Assembly: GCA_024137785.1 (NCBI GenBank)
Contig: JAHRHZ010000116.1
Coordinates: forward strand, 1 to 64,000
DNA length: 64,000 nt
Direction of reading: 5' to 3'
Origin: Ginglymostoma cirratum
Lineage: Eukaryota
In this document: positions 11,830-23,709 of the stretch, in pieces
Position numbering within the stretch: the first letter of the stretch is position 1
How the letters are laid out: each line of letters opens with the position of its first letter
Notes under the pieces: model-generated
Database searches by the model: none
Told to the model about the DNA's origin: nothing
The model's input: the letters and a program-made list of their open reading frames with translations, nothing else
Program-made: the position numbers and the translations under genes

Positions 11830-13451
11830 GAGTACATTACTTTCATCTCTAGAGACTGATTAGCTCCCGTATTCTCAATATTTTTCCTTCTTTACCTCTT
11901 TCCCCCGTTCTCCCTGAGTAAACCTTACCTTCAGATTTGAAGTCTTTGTACAAATTGGGCACTATCTCACTCTCCAGCCGGTAACTAGGCTGTGCACTCT
12001 CCTCTAGCTCCTGGTCGTCTTTCAGGATTTCCTTCACTACCTCAACTAATCCCATTGTTTAGGCATATTTTACCACATCATTCTTCAGAATGCCTTTCTT
12101 AAACAACCAGCACTGTGACTTTGTGTCCCATTCCATTACAGTGAAAACTGTGAGGCCTTTCAGCTCGTTTTTACTCTCTTGGGTTTCTTTTTTCACCTGT
12201 GGTGAACTGTTCCCAGTGTGACCTACCTTTTGTTTTTCATTGAAGGATCTCCCTTTCTCCCAATTTCTATCCCTCACAGAACGAGATTGCTGTTGAAAGC
12301 TAAGTTTTGATTTGTGCAATAGTGCATATTCATCTGCTATCTCCACATCTTTTCTTACTTCAGTAACTTTCTGTTCCTCGATATGAGTTTTTATGATCTC
12401 AGGAAGTGAGTTTTTATGCTCCTCCAGCAGAATGATCTCTTTAACGTCCTCATGTCTTTTGAATCTTTAATGCTCTCTCCCATCTGTTGAAGCTGCTTTG
12501 TTAAATTATTTCGAACTTGACATAACTGGTTCCTTCCATCATGTTTCTGAACCATTATCTATAGGCTTCTGGTACCAATTCATAGGGACTCAAATAGCCT
12601 GTTTAACATCTTTGTAATTTCCTGACACCTCATCTAACAGCGATGCAAACACCTCACGAGCCCTGCCTACCAAGTTGGTCTGAAGTAACATGACCCACAC
12701 AGTCTCTGGCCAATTCATCTGCCTAGCCAGTTTCTCAAAGCAAATGAAAAATGCTTCTACGTATTTTTCATTGATTTTAGTAATGTTTGGATGTATTTGT
12801 ATATACGCCTACTGGGCTGTTGGCTATAATGAGTTTGCTCATCCTTGCTTCTCTCTTGTTCTTTTCGTTCTGCCATTTGAAGCCTTTTTGCTTCAGGTTC
12901 CAACTTCATGTTTTCCAACTCAAATATTCTTTCACCTTCTCTGTCTCTTTTTCTTTTTTCTCTCTGTTCCTCTCACTCCTTTTCTCTCTCTTCTCTTCCT
13001 TTTTGCTCAGCGAAGAATCTTTTCTTTATTGTCTACCATGGATCTTCTTTCCCTTTCTTTCACTTTTAACTCCAATTGTCTCATTTTCAATTTAATTGTC
13101 TGAAACTCTGATATGCTTAAGTGCTTGACCAATCCTTTACAATTTCAGCTTTCTTTTATCCTTAGTTAAACCCAAACCTCGTCTGTTTGCTCAGTGTAAA
13201 ATTATATCCTTGCTTTGACGTTCTAAACTTTCTTGACAAATTTAGGAATCATCTTCAAACCCCGGAACCTCTTTAGGAATGTTATAAGCCATTTTCCTCA
13301 CCTTTGATTTAACCAACCACAAGTAACCAAACATAAACAGATTTTTCTTACCTAAGTTTTATTCAAAGATCTGGGACACTAATCCCCAAGTCTGTTTAAA
13401 TCTTTTCAGATCCATTCAGATCCAGCGCGTGATCCTGGACTTGAGCCCCCA
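11830..13451 (-). mobile_element. Gypsy LTR retrotransposon internal 5' region, Gmr1-like gag (degenerate), with tRNA-Pro-type PBS at 13432-13451
   Basis: FEKLARQMNWPETVWVMLLQTNLVGRAREVFASL, PYELVPEAYR, EIADEYALLHKSK and a frameshifted CFHCNGMGH..SQCW zinc knuckle. PBS TGGGGGCTCAAGTCCAGGAT resembles the tRNA-Pro PBS TGGGGGCTCGTCCGGGAT. Confidence 0.8.
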
Positions 13452-13517
13452 AATCCGTTAGCAAGTGGGAAAGATCAAACGCCTCTGATAATCAAATTGA
13501 TATTGCAAGCCCCAATC

Positions 13518-14440
13518 TGTTAGGATGAAAGTAGAAGTTCTCTTCTAATAATTAAATCCAAAAATTCCAGAGAATCTCGCCTTGCCCCTCATAACCTATT
13601 AAAGAGTGGTTAAAGGAAAGAATATCCCTGATCTCCATTGTTATCAGAAACAAATACCAATTTGTTTATTTAACCCATCCATGAACAAACTAAAAGAAAT
13701 ACTAGCAATCCAAACAAATTCCCCCAAGTACTAACTAGTCCCTAACCGAACTAAATTCTGTTGGAGTGCTGTTCGAATAAACACAAATCTGATTTATATA
13801 CATCCCGTTAATAAGAAAACAATAAATTAAACCTTAATTTCTCTAAACTTGCACAGACTGTGTCTTCTGGAAATCTCTACCGCAAATACCTATCTTCTGC
13901 CAAGTTTACTGTTAGAAGATTTCTCTGCAATTTTATCAGTGAGGTTTTTAATGTGAACTGCCGTGGTACTTTTGCTGATTTTGTTTCAGAGACCTTGAAG
14001 GGTTTGTGAGAGTCAGGCTTAAATGTCTTTTCACTGCAGCCGAACATTGGCTCACTCTTCCAGATGACAGTTGGCTGTCTGCCGATTTTCAACAAACACT
14101 TTCTTAAATATCGCGAATAATGCAACAAGTTCTCACAACATGATTAGGTTCAGGCCGTCAACACCATCAGTTTCGAAAATCAATTGGCTTTGAATCACTG
14201 AGTGTATGGTTTAAATTATTTGGCCAAATGTAACCTCCTCACGAAAACATCAAATCGAGCCTAAGGTATCCATCAGCAAAGCCAATTGTTACGTGTTTCC
14301 ATTTTAGAACTGTGTCTGTACTATTTCCCATCTGCTCATAGACCTCTTCTCTGTTTAATTCTAAACTTAAAACACTTCACCCCTTAAAGAAACCACACTC
14401 TGCCTTTCAATTCACAATTATTCTACCCAGCTTCATAACA
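13518..14440 (-). mobile_element. Probable 5' LTR of the Gypsy element
   Basis: Bounded by TGT...ACA, immediately next to a PBS-like GATTGGGGCTT (13507-13517). Sequence returns to LINE-derived DNA after 14440. Confidence 0.55.
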
Positions 14441-14938
14441 ATGCCCTCTGAACTCCTTCACTCAGTACACTGACCAATAAAGACAAGCATTCCAAATGCC
14501 ACCTTCTCCATCCTGTCTAGTTGCAACTCCTCTTTCAGTGAACTCTGCCCTTGTTCTTAGCCCTTTGCAGGGTTTGAAGGGTATGGGGAGAAAACAGGAA
14601 CAGACTTGAGTTGTCGATCCATAAAATATTTACCTTTCATGCGTGCCTCTCCCACCTCTATCTTTCTTTTTCTTTCTTGTGCAAACACCGACTGGTTCTC
14701 TTCCCTGAAGGAGATTTTGAAACCAAACTGGTGCATATGATAATTCTGCAGTTCTCCCTCGGGGTCTCTCCACAAATGACCAGATTAATTGCTCTCAATT
14801 TCACAACCTGTGTGTTCTTCTGGTTTCTCAGAATAAATTTGTTTTCTGTTTGAAAGGTTGATATGCAATTATATGCTTCAAATGAAACCACATCCAGATT
14901 CAACAGCTACTCTGTTTATCCTAACCTAGTTATCTCAG

Positions 14939-16016
14939 GATTTTGAACACTGAAGGAGAAAGCATCATTCACACTGGGAAGAAACACGCATTGTCTGTAT
15001 GTGGAAGAGTCTGTGAAGATTTATCTGAAATGTTCAAACACCAGCGTAGTCACACTGGGCAAAGACTGTGGAAATGTGGGGATTGTAGGAAGGGATTTCT
15101 GTACCCATCCCAGCTCAAAACTCATGAACGCAGTCACACTGGGGAGAAGCCATTCATCTGCTCTGATTGTGGGATGGGATTCACTCAGTCATCCAGCCTG
15201 CGGATTCACCAGCGAGTTCACACTGGAGAGAGACCATTCACTTGTTCAGTGTGTGGGAAAACATTCACTCAGTCAGCCAGCCTGCGGATACACCAGCGAA
15301 TTCACACTGGGGAGAAGCCATTCACCTGCTCTGATTGTGGAAAGGGATTCGCTTTGTCATCCCACCTCCGGGTACACCAGCGATTTCACACTGGAGAGAG
15401 ACCATTCACCTGCTCAGTGTGCGGGAAAGCATTTCCTCGATCATCCAGCCTGCAGATACATCGGCGAGTTCACACTGGGGAAAGACCATTCACTTGCTCT
15501 GACTGTGGGAAGGGATTCACTTCTTCATCCAGTTTGCTGAAACACCAGCGAGTTCACACTGGGGAGAGACCATTCACTTGTTCTGAATGTGGAAAAGGAT
15601 TCAATCGCTCATCTAATCTGCTGATACACCAGCGAGTTCACACTGGGGAGAGACCATTCACTTGTTCTGAATGTGGAAAAGCATTCAATTGCTCATCTAA
15701 TCTGCTGATACACCAGCGAATTCACACTGGGGAGAGACCATTCACCTGTTCTGAATGTGGAAAAGCATTCAATTGCTCATCTAAACTGCTGATACACCAG
15801 CGAATTCACACTGGGGAGAAACCGTTCACTTGCTCAGATTGTGGGAAAGCATTCACTCAGTCAACCATCCTGCTAATACATCAACGAATTCACAGGAAAG
15901 AGAAACCATTCACCTGCTCCAATTGTGGGAAGGGCTTTACTCAGTCATCCAACCTCCTGAAACACCAGCGAGTTCACACCAGGGAGAAACATTCAGTCAG
16001 TCAAATTAACTGCTGA
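14939..16016 (+). CDS. Tandem C2H2 (Kruppel-type) zinc-finger protein, finger-array exon with 11 intact fingers plus one degenerate N-terminal finger
   Basis: Open frame with repeated CxxC...HxxxH and TGE[KR]PF linkers. Candidate acceptor tatctcag|G at 14938/14939. First in-frame ATG at 15030. Decayed finger-like sequence continues past the stop to about 16180. Confidence 0.88.
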
Positions 16017-16599
16017 TACACCAGCCTATTTACTTTATGGAGAGATTGTTCACTTGTTCTGGATGTGGAAAGAGGTTTCAAACTGTTAACACACCAGTGA
16101 AATGACACTGGATAGACCCTGTTCACCTGTGTTCGTGTAAAAGACCTTGCTGTTTGCTAAGACACCAGCAAATTCATAAAGAATCACAGGTGAAGGGTTT
16201 TGCTTTTACTCACACACCAAAGAATGAGCCTTGGTCATTGGCCGTTTGTATTGATGTTACAAAATGCTGCTCTGTTAAACGTGCTGATAATGTGGATTAA
16301 GTAATGAGACAATTGTGTATCTGTAGGATACATTTGAAAATAATCACCATGTTATTGTATATTTCTGCTGGGTAAAGACTGTTTACATACATATTGTTTG
16401 TGACATGATTTTGTGGCTCATCAGGCTTGGTTAAACAACAGTGATTCTCCAGTAACTGTCAGTGTTGCATTTTGATACGATTGTTATCTATATCCAAACC
16501 ATACTTTCCAGCCCTATTTCCAATGATGTTTGTAAGCACTACAGTTTCATTTACCTATTTGGGATAAAAATAATGCAAATCAGCTTTTAAAACAAACTG

Positions 16600-18465
16600 A
16601 GTTGCACCAAGTCTTCATCTTATCTCTAAGGCACTTAGAATTAGACAATCGGTGCCCTTCACAAGAGCAGCTGGGAGAAGGTGCATCCAGAGTGAGGTAT
16701 AGCTGAAATGCTGGAAATTTGGCAAAGGGATGGCGTCCAGAGATAAAGTCCAAAAGTATAAGAAGCAAAGAGAAGAATCAACAAGTGAGTCAGGAAGGCC
16801 TCGATATTACAGGCCAGTTCAGGTGCAAGAGAGCTTGACATGGTTGAATGGCTTGATTTTAATGCTGCGAGTTTGATGAACAAGGCAGATGAGTTGATGA
16901 TGCAAGTTAAAAATTGTTTATGATGGTGACATTTCTGTTACTGAGACATGGTTGAAAGAGACAGGATTGTAATTCAACGCCCAGGATACAGGGTCTTCAT
17001 GCGGGGCAGCAAAGGAGGCAAAAGAAGAGGAGGTGTCATAGTTGTGTTCAGATAATTTATAACAGCAATAAGGAGAGGTGCCATCTTAGAAAACTCCTTA
17101 AATAAACCCCTATGTGTATAACAAGTAGAGCTGGTAAGGAGGCAACTTTGACGGAAGTGTAAAAGTAATAGCGTCATGACAGTGGGGCATTTCAATTTCC
17201 CCAACATTGACTGTGGTTGTCACAGTGTGAAAAGTTTTGAGGAACTTCTAAAATAGATCCAGAACAGCTTTTGTAGCCAGTATGTAAAAGTCCAAACAAG
17301 GAAGGGAGAGGTTCTAGACTTAACTTTGGGTAACAAAAGTGTACAAGTGGTTGAAGTATCAGCGGCGGGAGCATTTTGCAGACAGTTGTCACAAGCAAAT
17401 TTGAATTTATTTTTAAAGAGTTATGGAAAAGGACCAGGATGGACCACAAATTAAAGTTCTAAATTGATTTTAATAAGACCAGATATGATTTGGCCAGAGT
17501 GCACAGGGAGAAGATACCTTCAGGTAAATGTGGAAGAGGAAACTTAAATGGGGAGATAAGGGGAGCTGTAAGGGGAACATGAATTGACACAGCCAGGTTA
17601 AATAAAGGAAAATGCTCAAATGTTTTACATGTACATGAATGAGTAAAGGGTAATAGGGGAAAGAGTAAGGCCCATTAAGGACCACAGCAGTAATTCATTT
17701 GTGGAATCAGATAAGGTTGGCCTGGTTCGAAATGAATACATGGTGTCAGTGCTCATTTGGTAGAGTCGATGCAGGGAGAAGGTCCGTAATAGAATTTCAG
17801 GAAATTAGCATACAGCGAGAGAGAGGAGGTTTCGAGTCATCTGAGGGACAGAATTAATTTACATTTGAGAGACAGCGATTAATTGAGAAGTCAGTGTGGC
17901 TGTGTGTAGTGTAGATCATGTATTATTAACTTGATTGAATTTTTTGAGGTGGTGATGGAGGTGATCGATGAGTGCAGAACAGTGGATGTTATCTACATCA
18001 ATTATAGGGCTTTCGACAGGAACCCTCATTGTAGGCTCATCCAGACAACTAAGATGCGTGGGATCCATGGTGACTTGGCTGCATGGATTCTGAATCGGCT
18101 TGTTCATTGAAGGCAGAGAATGGTTGTGGAAGGGTGTTCTTCAGGGTGGAGGTCCATGATTGGTGGTGTTCCACAGGGATCCGTACTGGGACCTCTGCTG
18201 TTTTTTTTCTATATATATATTGACTTGGTGAGTTAATAAATTTGCATATGATACAAAGATCAGTGGACTTTTGGATAGTGTACAAGGTTGTCAGAGTATG
18301 CAGGGGGATATAGATCAGTCGCAGGTTTGGGTGGGGAAATAGTAGATGGTGTTTAATCTGTATAAGGTTGAGTTGCTGCACTTTGGAGATCAAATGTGAA
18401 GGAAAAGCATACAGTTAATGGCAGGACCCTGAACAGCATTGATGTACAGAGGGATCATGGGGTTC
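16600..18465 (+). mobile_element. Old, heavily degenerate CR1 fragments
   Basis: EN/RT nucleotide remnants (e.g. ggtgttccacagggatccgtactgggacctctgctg). Confidence 0.7.
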
Positions 18466-18567
18466 AAGGATGTCAGCATGCATTCTACAAAACAGAATTA
18501 CATGTGCAACCATCATCAAGTATCGTGCCAGAAAAGATCTCAGTCACACACAGGTGGTACATATTGT

Positions 18568-18612
<45 letters not shown>

Positions 18613-18624
18613 CGCTCTCTCTCT
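18568..18624. repeat. (CT)n microsatellite
   Basis: Direct observation. Confidence 0.95.
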
Positions 18625-19239
18625 GAATGGATCTCGGTTTTTAAATCACATTACTAAATTCTGAAATTAAAGGCCAAGGTTCTAATTGGCTGCCTGCCTG
18701 CCTATTTGTCACACAGACATTCAAAGACTGAAGAGATTATCATATATTAGCCCCCACTCCAAAAGAAAAACTAAAAATAACCTCCAGGAGATATTTCATA
18801 AAATAAAAACCAAACAGCAGAATTGATATAATAGCTTCATTCCAAACGACAGTTTATTTTTTTTTTCGTGATTCTGTTCATATTGCTGCTGTTATTCCTT
18901 GAAAACTCAGTAAGAACCATAAAATCTTGCATGGTAAAAGTTCATTTGGCCCACCATGCACCTGCCAGCTGTTTGAAGGCTACGTGTTTAGTTCCCTCAC
19001 CTCACCCCACCATGTGCTCTGCAAATTTTCCACTTTGTGTTTTTAAGCAATTTCCTTTTGTAAGTTATTATTGAACCTGCATCAATCAGCGTGCTATGCA
19101 GCTCATTCCAGATTCCACAACTCACTGAGTAGCTAATGAACCTCCCAGCACTCCTCTATGTACACTGCCAATTGCAATAATTCTGTGCCCTCTAATTACT
19201 GAAGCCTGACAAGAGCAAAACAGTGCTGGAAAAGGAAGA

Positions 19240-22200
19240 AATATTTCTTGATTTGAGCAGCAGGAGAGGTGAGAGCGCAAGCAGGGGGCAGCTGGGAAGG
19301 TAAGGTTTCCTTACGAAAATTTGCCTCGTGAGTCAGTGGCCTTCTTGATTTGAGTGGCGGGAGAGGTGAGACCACGAGCCGGGAAGTCAACTATTATGTT
19401 TGGGCATTGGCTAAACCCAAAACACTACAAGTGTAGTGTCTCCCACCCATCCTCCTCCTCTAAACAAAAAATAAGACTGTGTGGAGGGTCAGAAAGGTAA
19501 TCTTTTTTCTTTATTCTTTTGGCAATCTGGAGTAGAGGGAGTGGAAGCTAGGGCAGTTGTATCGTCCTCTTGTAGGATGTGGGAGGTAAGAGTCACTACT
19601 AGAGTCCCTTCTGACTTCCCCTCAAGGAATGCACCCAACTCCAGCTTGTCACAGACCATGTTAGGGAGCTGGAGCTGGATGAACTCCAGATCATTCGGGA
19701 GGCTGAGGGGGTGATACATAGGAGTTATAGGGCGGTTGTCACGCCGAAGTTGCAGGACAATGGTAGCTGGGTGACTGTCAGGAAGGGGAAAGGGAATAGG
19801 CAGACAGTGCGGCAATCCCCTGTGGCCGTTCCCCTCAATAATAAGTATAACACTTTAGATACTGTTGGGGGTGATGACCTACTGGGGAAAGCCGTAGCGG
19901 CCAGGTGTCTGGCACTGAGCCTGACTCTGTGGCTCAGAAGGGAAGGGGGAGCGACAGTGATAGGAGATTCAGTGCTGAGGGGAACAGACAGGAGATTCTG
20001 TGGTACTGAGCAAGAGTGCCAGATGGTATATTGCCTCCCGGGTGCCAGGGTCAGGGACATCTCGGATCAAGTTGGCAGGATTCTTAAGGGGGATGGAGAA
20101 CAGCCAGAAGCAGTGGTACACATCGATAGCATTGACACAGCTTGGAAACGAGATGAGGACCTGAAAAAGTGAATGTAGGGAATTAAGATGGAAGGTAAAA
20201 GCCACGATGAGCAGAGTAGTAATCTCAGGATTGCTACCAGTGCCACAAGCTAGCGAGGCCAGAAATAGAGACTTGAGTGCAGCTGAACATGTGGCTGCAG
20301 AGCTGGTGTAGGAGGGAGGGCTTCAGATATGTGGATAATTGGGATAACTTCTGGGGAAGGTGGGATCTGTATAGGAAGGACGGATTGCACCTGAACTGGA
20401 AGGGCACCAATATCCTGGGAGGGAGGTTTGCTAGAGCTCTTCAGGAGGGTTTAAACTAGTTTGGCAGGGGGATGGGAGCCAGAGCTACAGATCAGAGGAT
20501 AGCGTAGCCGGTGTACAGGCCAATACAGCAGGCAGAGAGTATGTGAGGAATGATAAGCAGTTGATAGGGCAAAGTTGCAGTGAGTGTGACGAGTTGAGGT
20601 CTCTTTTAATGCAAGAAGTGTCAGGAATATGGATGATGAACTCAGAGCATGGATCAGTACTTGGAACTATGATGTGGTGGCCGTTACAGAGACTTGGATA
20701 ACACAGGGGCAGGAATGGTTGTTGGATGTTCCGGGGTATAGATATTTCAAAAGAAATAGGGAGGGAGGTAAAAGAGGTGGGAGTGGCATTGCTAATCAGG
20801 AACGTTATCACAGCTGAAGAAAGGGAGGTCATTGAGAAGAGTTTGTCTACTGAGTCAGGATGGGTGGAAGTCAGAAACAGGAAAGGAGCAGTCACTTTAT
20901 TGGGAGCTTTCTGTAGACAGCCTAATAGCAACAGGGACACCAAGGAACGGATTGGGAGACAGATTGTGGAAAGGTGCAGAAGTATTAGGGTTGTTGTCAT
21001 GCATTACTTCAACTTCTGTAATATAGACTGGAACCTCCCAAGTGCAAATGGTTTGGATGGAGCAGATTTTATCAGGTGTGTCCAGGAAGGATTTCTGACT
21101 CAATATGTAGATAGGCTGACTAGCAGGGAGGCCAAATTGGATTTGGTGCTTGACAACAAACCAGGCCAGGTGTCAGATCTCTCAGTGGGAGACCATTTCG
21201 GTGATAGTGATCACAACTTCCTGACCTTTATATAGTCATGGAGAGGGATAGGAGCAAACGGTATGGGAAAGTATTTAATTGGTGGGAGAGGAAATACAAT
21301 GTTACTAGGCAAGAACTACAGAACATAAATTGGGATCAGATGTTCTCAAGGAAGTGCATGGCAGAAATGTGGAGGTTGTTTAGGGAGCAGTTGCTACAAG
21401 TACTGGGTAGGTTTGTCCCACTGAGGTAAGGAAGGGATGGTAAGATGAAGGAAGCTTGGATGACAAGACACGTGGAACATCTGGTCAAGAGGAAGAAGGA
21501 AGCTTACTGAAAGTTGAGGAAGCAAGGATCGGACAGGGCTCTAGAGGTCCACAAGGTAGCCAGGAAGGAACTGAAGAATGGATTTAGGAGAGCTCGAAGG
21601 GGGTCTGAAAAAACCTTGGCAAGTAGAATCAAGGAAATGCCTAAGGCGTTCTATGCTGATGTGAGGAACAAGATGATGGCCAGAATGAGGGTCATGCCAA
21701 TAAGGGGAGGGAACTTGTGCGTGGAGTCAGGGGAGGTCCTTAATGAATACTTTGCTTCAGTAGTCAACAGTGAGAGAGATCTTGACGTTTGTGAGGACAG
21801 CTTGAAACAGGCAGATATGATTGAACAGGCTGATGTTAGGAAGGAGGATATGCTAGAAATTTTGAAAAATATGAGGATAGATAACACACCTGGGCCAGAC
21901 GGGATGCACCCAAAGTTACTGAGGGGGAGGTGATGATCTTTGCGTCCTCACTGTCCACTGGTGTAGTACCAGATGATTGGAGGGTGGGAAATGTCATTCC
22001 CTTGTTCAAAAAAGGGAATAGCGATAATCTTGGAAATTACAGACTGGTTAGACTTACTTCTGTGGTGGACAAATTATTGGAAAGGATTCTGAGAGACAGT
22101 ATTTATGATTATATGGAAAAGCACAGTTTGATTAGAAATAATCACCATGGATTTGTGAGGGGCAGGTCATGCCTCACAAGCCTTATTGAATTCTTTGAGG

Positions 22201-23706
22201 ATGTGACAAAACACATTGACAAAAGCATAACAGTGGAGGTGGTGTATATGGATTTTAGCAAGGCATTCAATAAGGTTCCACATGGTTGCCTCATTCAGAA
22301 ACTAAGGAGGCATGGGATTCAGGGAAATTTGGCTGTCTGGATACAAAACTGGCTGTCCAATGGAAGACAGAGGGTGGTAGTAGATGGATAGAATTCAGCC
22401 TGGACCAGTGGTGTTCCACAGGTATCTGTTCTGGGACCTCTGCTGTTTGTGATCTTTAGAAATGACTTGGGTGAGGAAGTGGAAGGGTGGGTGAGTAATT
22501 TTGCCGATGACACGAAGGTTGGTGGAGTGGTGGACAGCATGGAGGGCTGTTGTAGTTTGCAATGGTATATTGACAGGATGCAGAGCTGGCAAAGAAGTAG
22601 CAGATGGAATTCAATCTAGAAAAGTGTGAAGTGATTCATTTTGGAAGGTCGAATTTGAATGCAGAACACAGGGTTAATGGCAGGATTCTTGGCAGTATGG
22701 AGGAACAAAGGGACCTTGGGGTCCATGTGCATAGATCTCTCAAAGCTGCTACCCAAGTTGATAAGGTTGTAAAGAAGGCGTATGCTGTGCTGGCTTTCAT
22801 TGGCAGGGAAATTGGGGGAAGCACTGTGGCACAGTGGGGTTCGCACTGCTGCCTCACAGCGCCAGGGACCCGGGTTTGAGTCCAGCCTCGGGTGACTGTC
22901 TGTGTGGAGTTTTCACATTCTCCCCATGTTTGCATGGGTTTCCTCCAATTTCTTCCCACAGTCCAAAGATGTGCAGGTTAGTGGGATTGGTTATGCTAAA
23001 TTGCCCATAGTGTTCAGGGATGTGTAGATTAGGTGGGTTATAGGGGGATGGGTCTGGGTGGGATGCTCTGAGGTTCGGTGTTGACTTGTTGGGCCGAAGG
23101 GCCTGTTTCCACGCTGTAGGGATTCTATGAGTTTAAGATCCGCAGTTTATGCTGCAGCTGTATAAAACTCTGATTAGACCACACTTGGAATATTGTGTTC
23201 GTTTCTGGTTGCGTCATTATAGGAAGGGTACGGAAGCTTTAGAGAGGGTGCAGAGGAGATTTACCAGGATGCTGCCTGGACTGGAGGGCAGGTCTTATGA
23301 GGAAAGTTTGAGGGAGCCACGGCTTTTTTTCTTCAGAGTGAAGAACGATGAACAATAACTTGATAGAGGTGTACAAGATAATGAGAGGCGTCAATAGAAT
23401 GGATAGCCAGACTTTTCTCCCAAGGCGGAAATGACTATTACGAGGGGGCATACTTTTAAGGTGATTGGAGGAAGGTATAGGGGAGATGTCAGAGTAGGTT
23501 GTTTACACAGAGACTGGTGGGTGTGTGGAATGCGCTGCCGGCAGTGGTCGTGGAGTCAGATACTTTTAAATGGCTCTTGGATAGGCACATGGAGATAGTA
23601 AAATGTAGGGTGTGCATGGTAGTTTGATCTCAGTAGGATACTAAGTTGGCACAACATCGTTGGCCGAAGGGCCAGTACTGTGCTCTACTGTTCTATGTTC
23701 CATGTT
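19240..23706 (+). mobile_element. Near-full-length degenerate CR1 LINE (ORF1, endonuclease, reverse transcriptase)
   Basis: GDSVLRG / CLPGARVRD / DGLHLN (ORF1), YDVVAVTETW (EN), NYRLVRLTS, VVYMDFSKAF, FADDTK, RPHLEYC (RT); (TTCTATG)-type 3' tail. Confidence 0.92.
22813..23128 (+). mobile_element. HE1-type SINE inserted into CR1
   Basis: Collinear with 4715-5025; interrupts the CR1 RT frame. Confidence 0.85.
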
Positions 23707-23709
23707 TAT

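Noticed and set aside
12690-13103. Hydrophobic Phe/Leu/Ser-rich plus-strand ORFs resembling membrane proteins
   Set aside because: They are the antisense reading of the purine-rich charged region of the Gypsy gag.
15001-15540. 179-aa alternative-frame ORF overlapping the ZF gene
   Set aside because: Shadow frame of the repetitive ZF codons.
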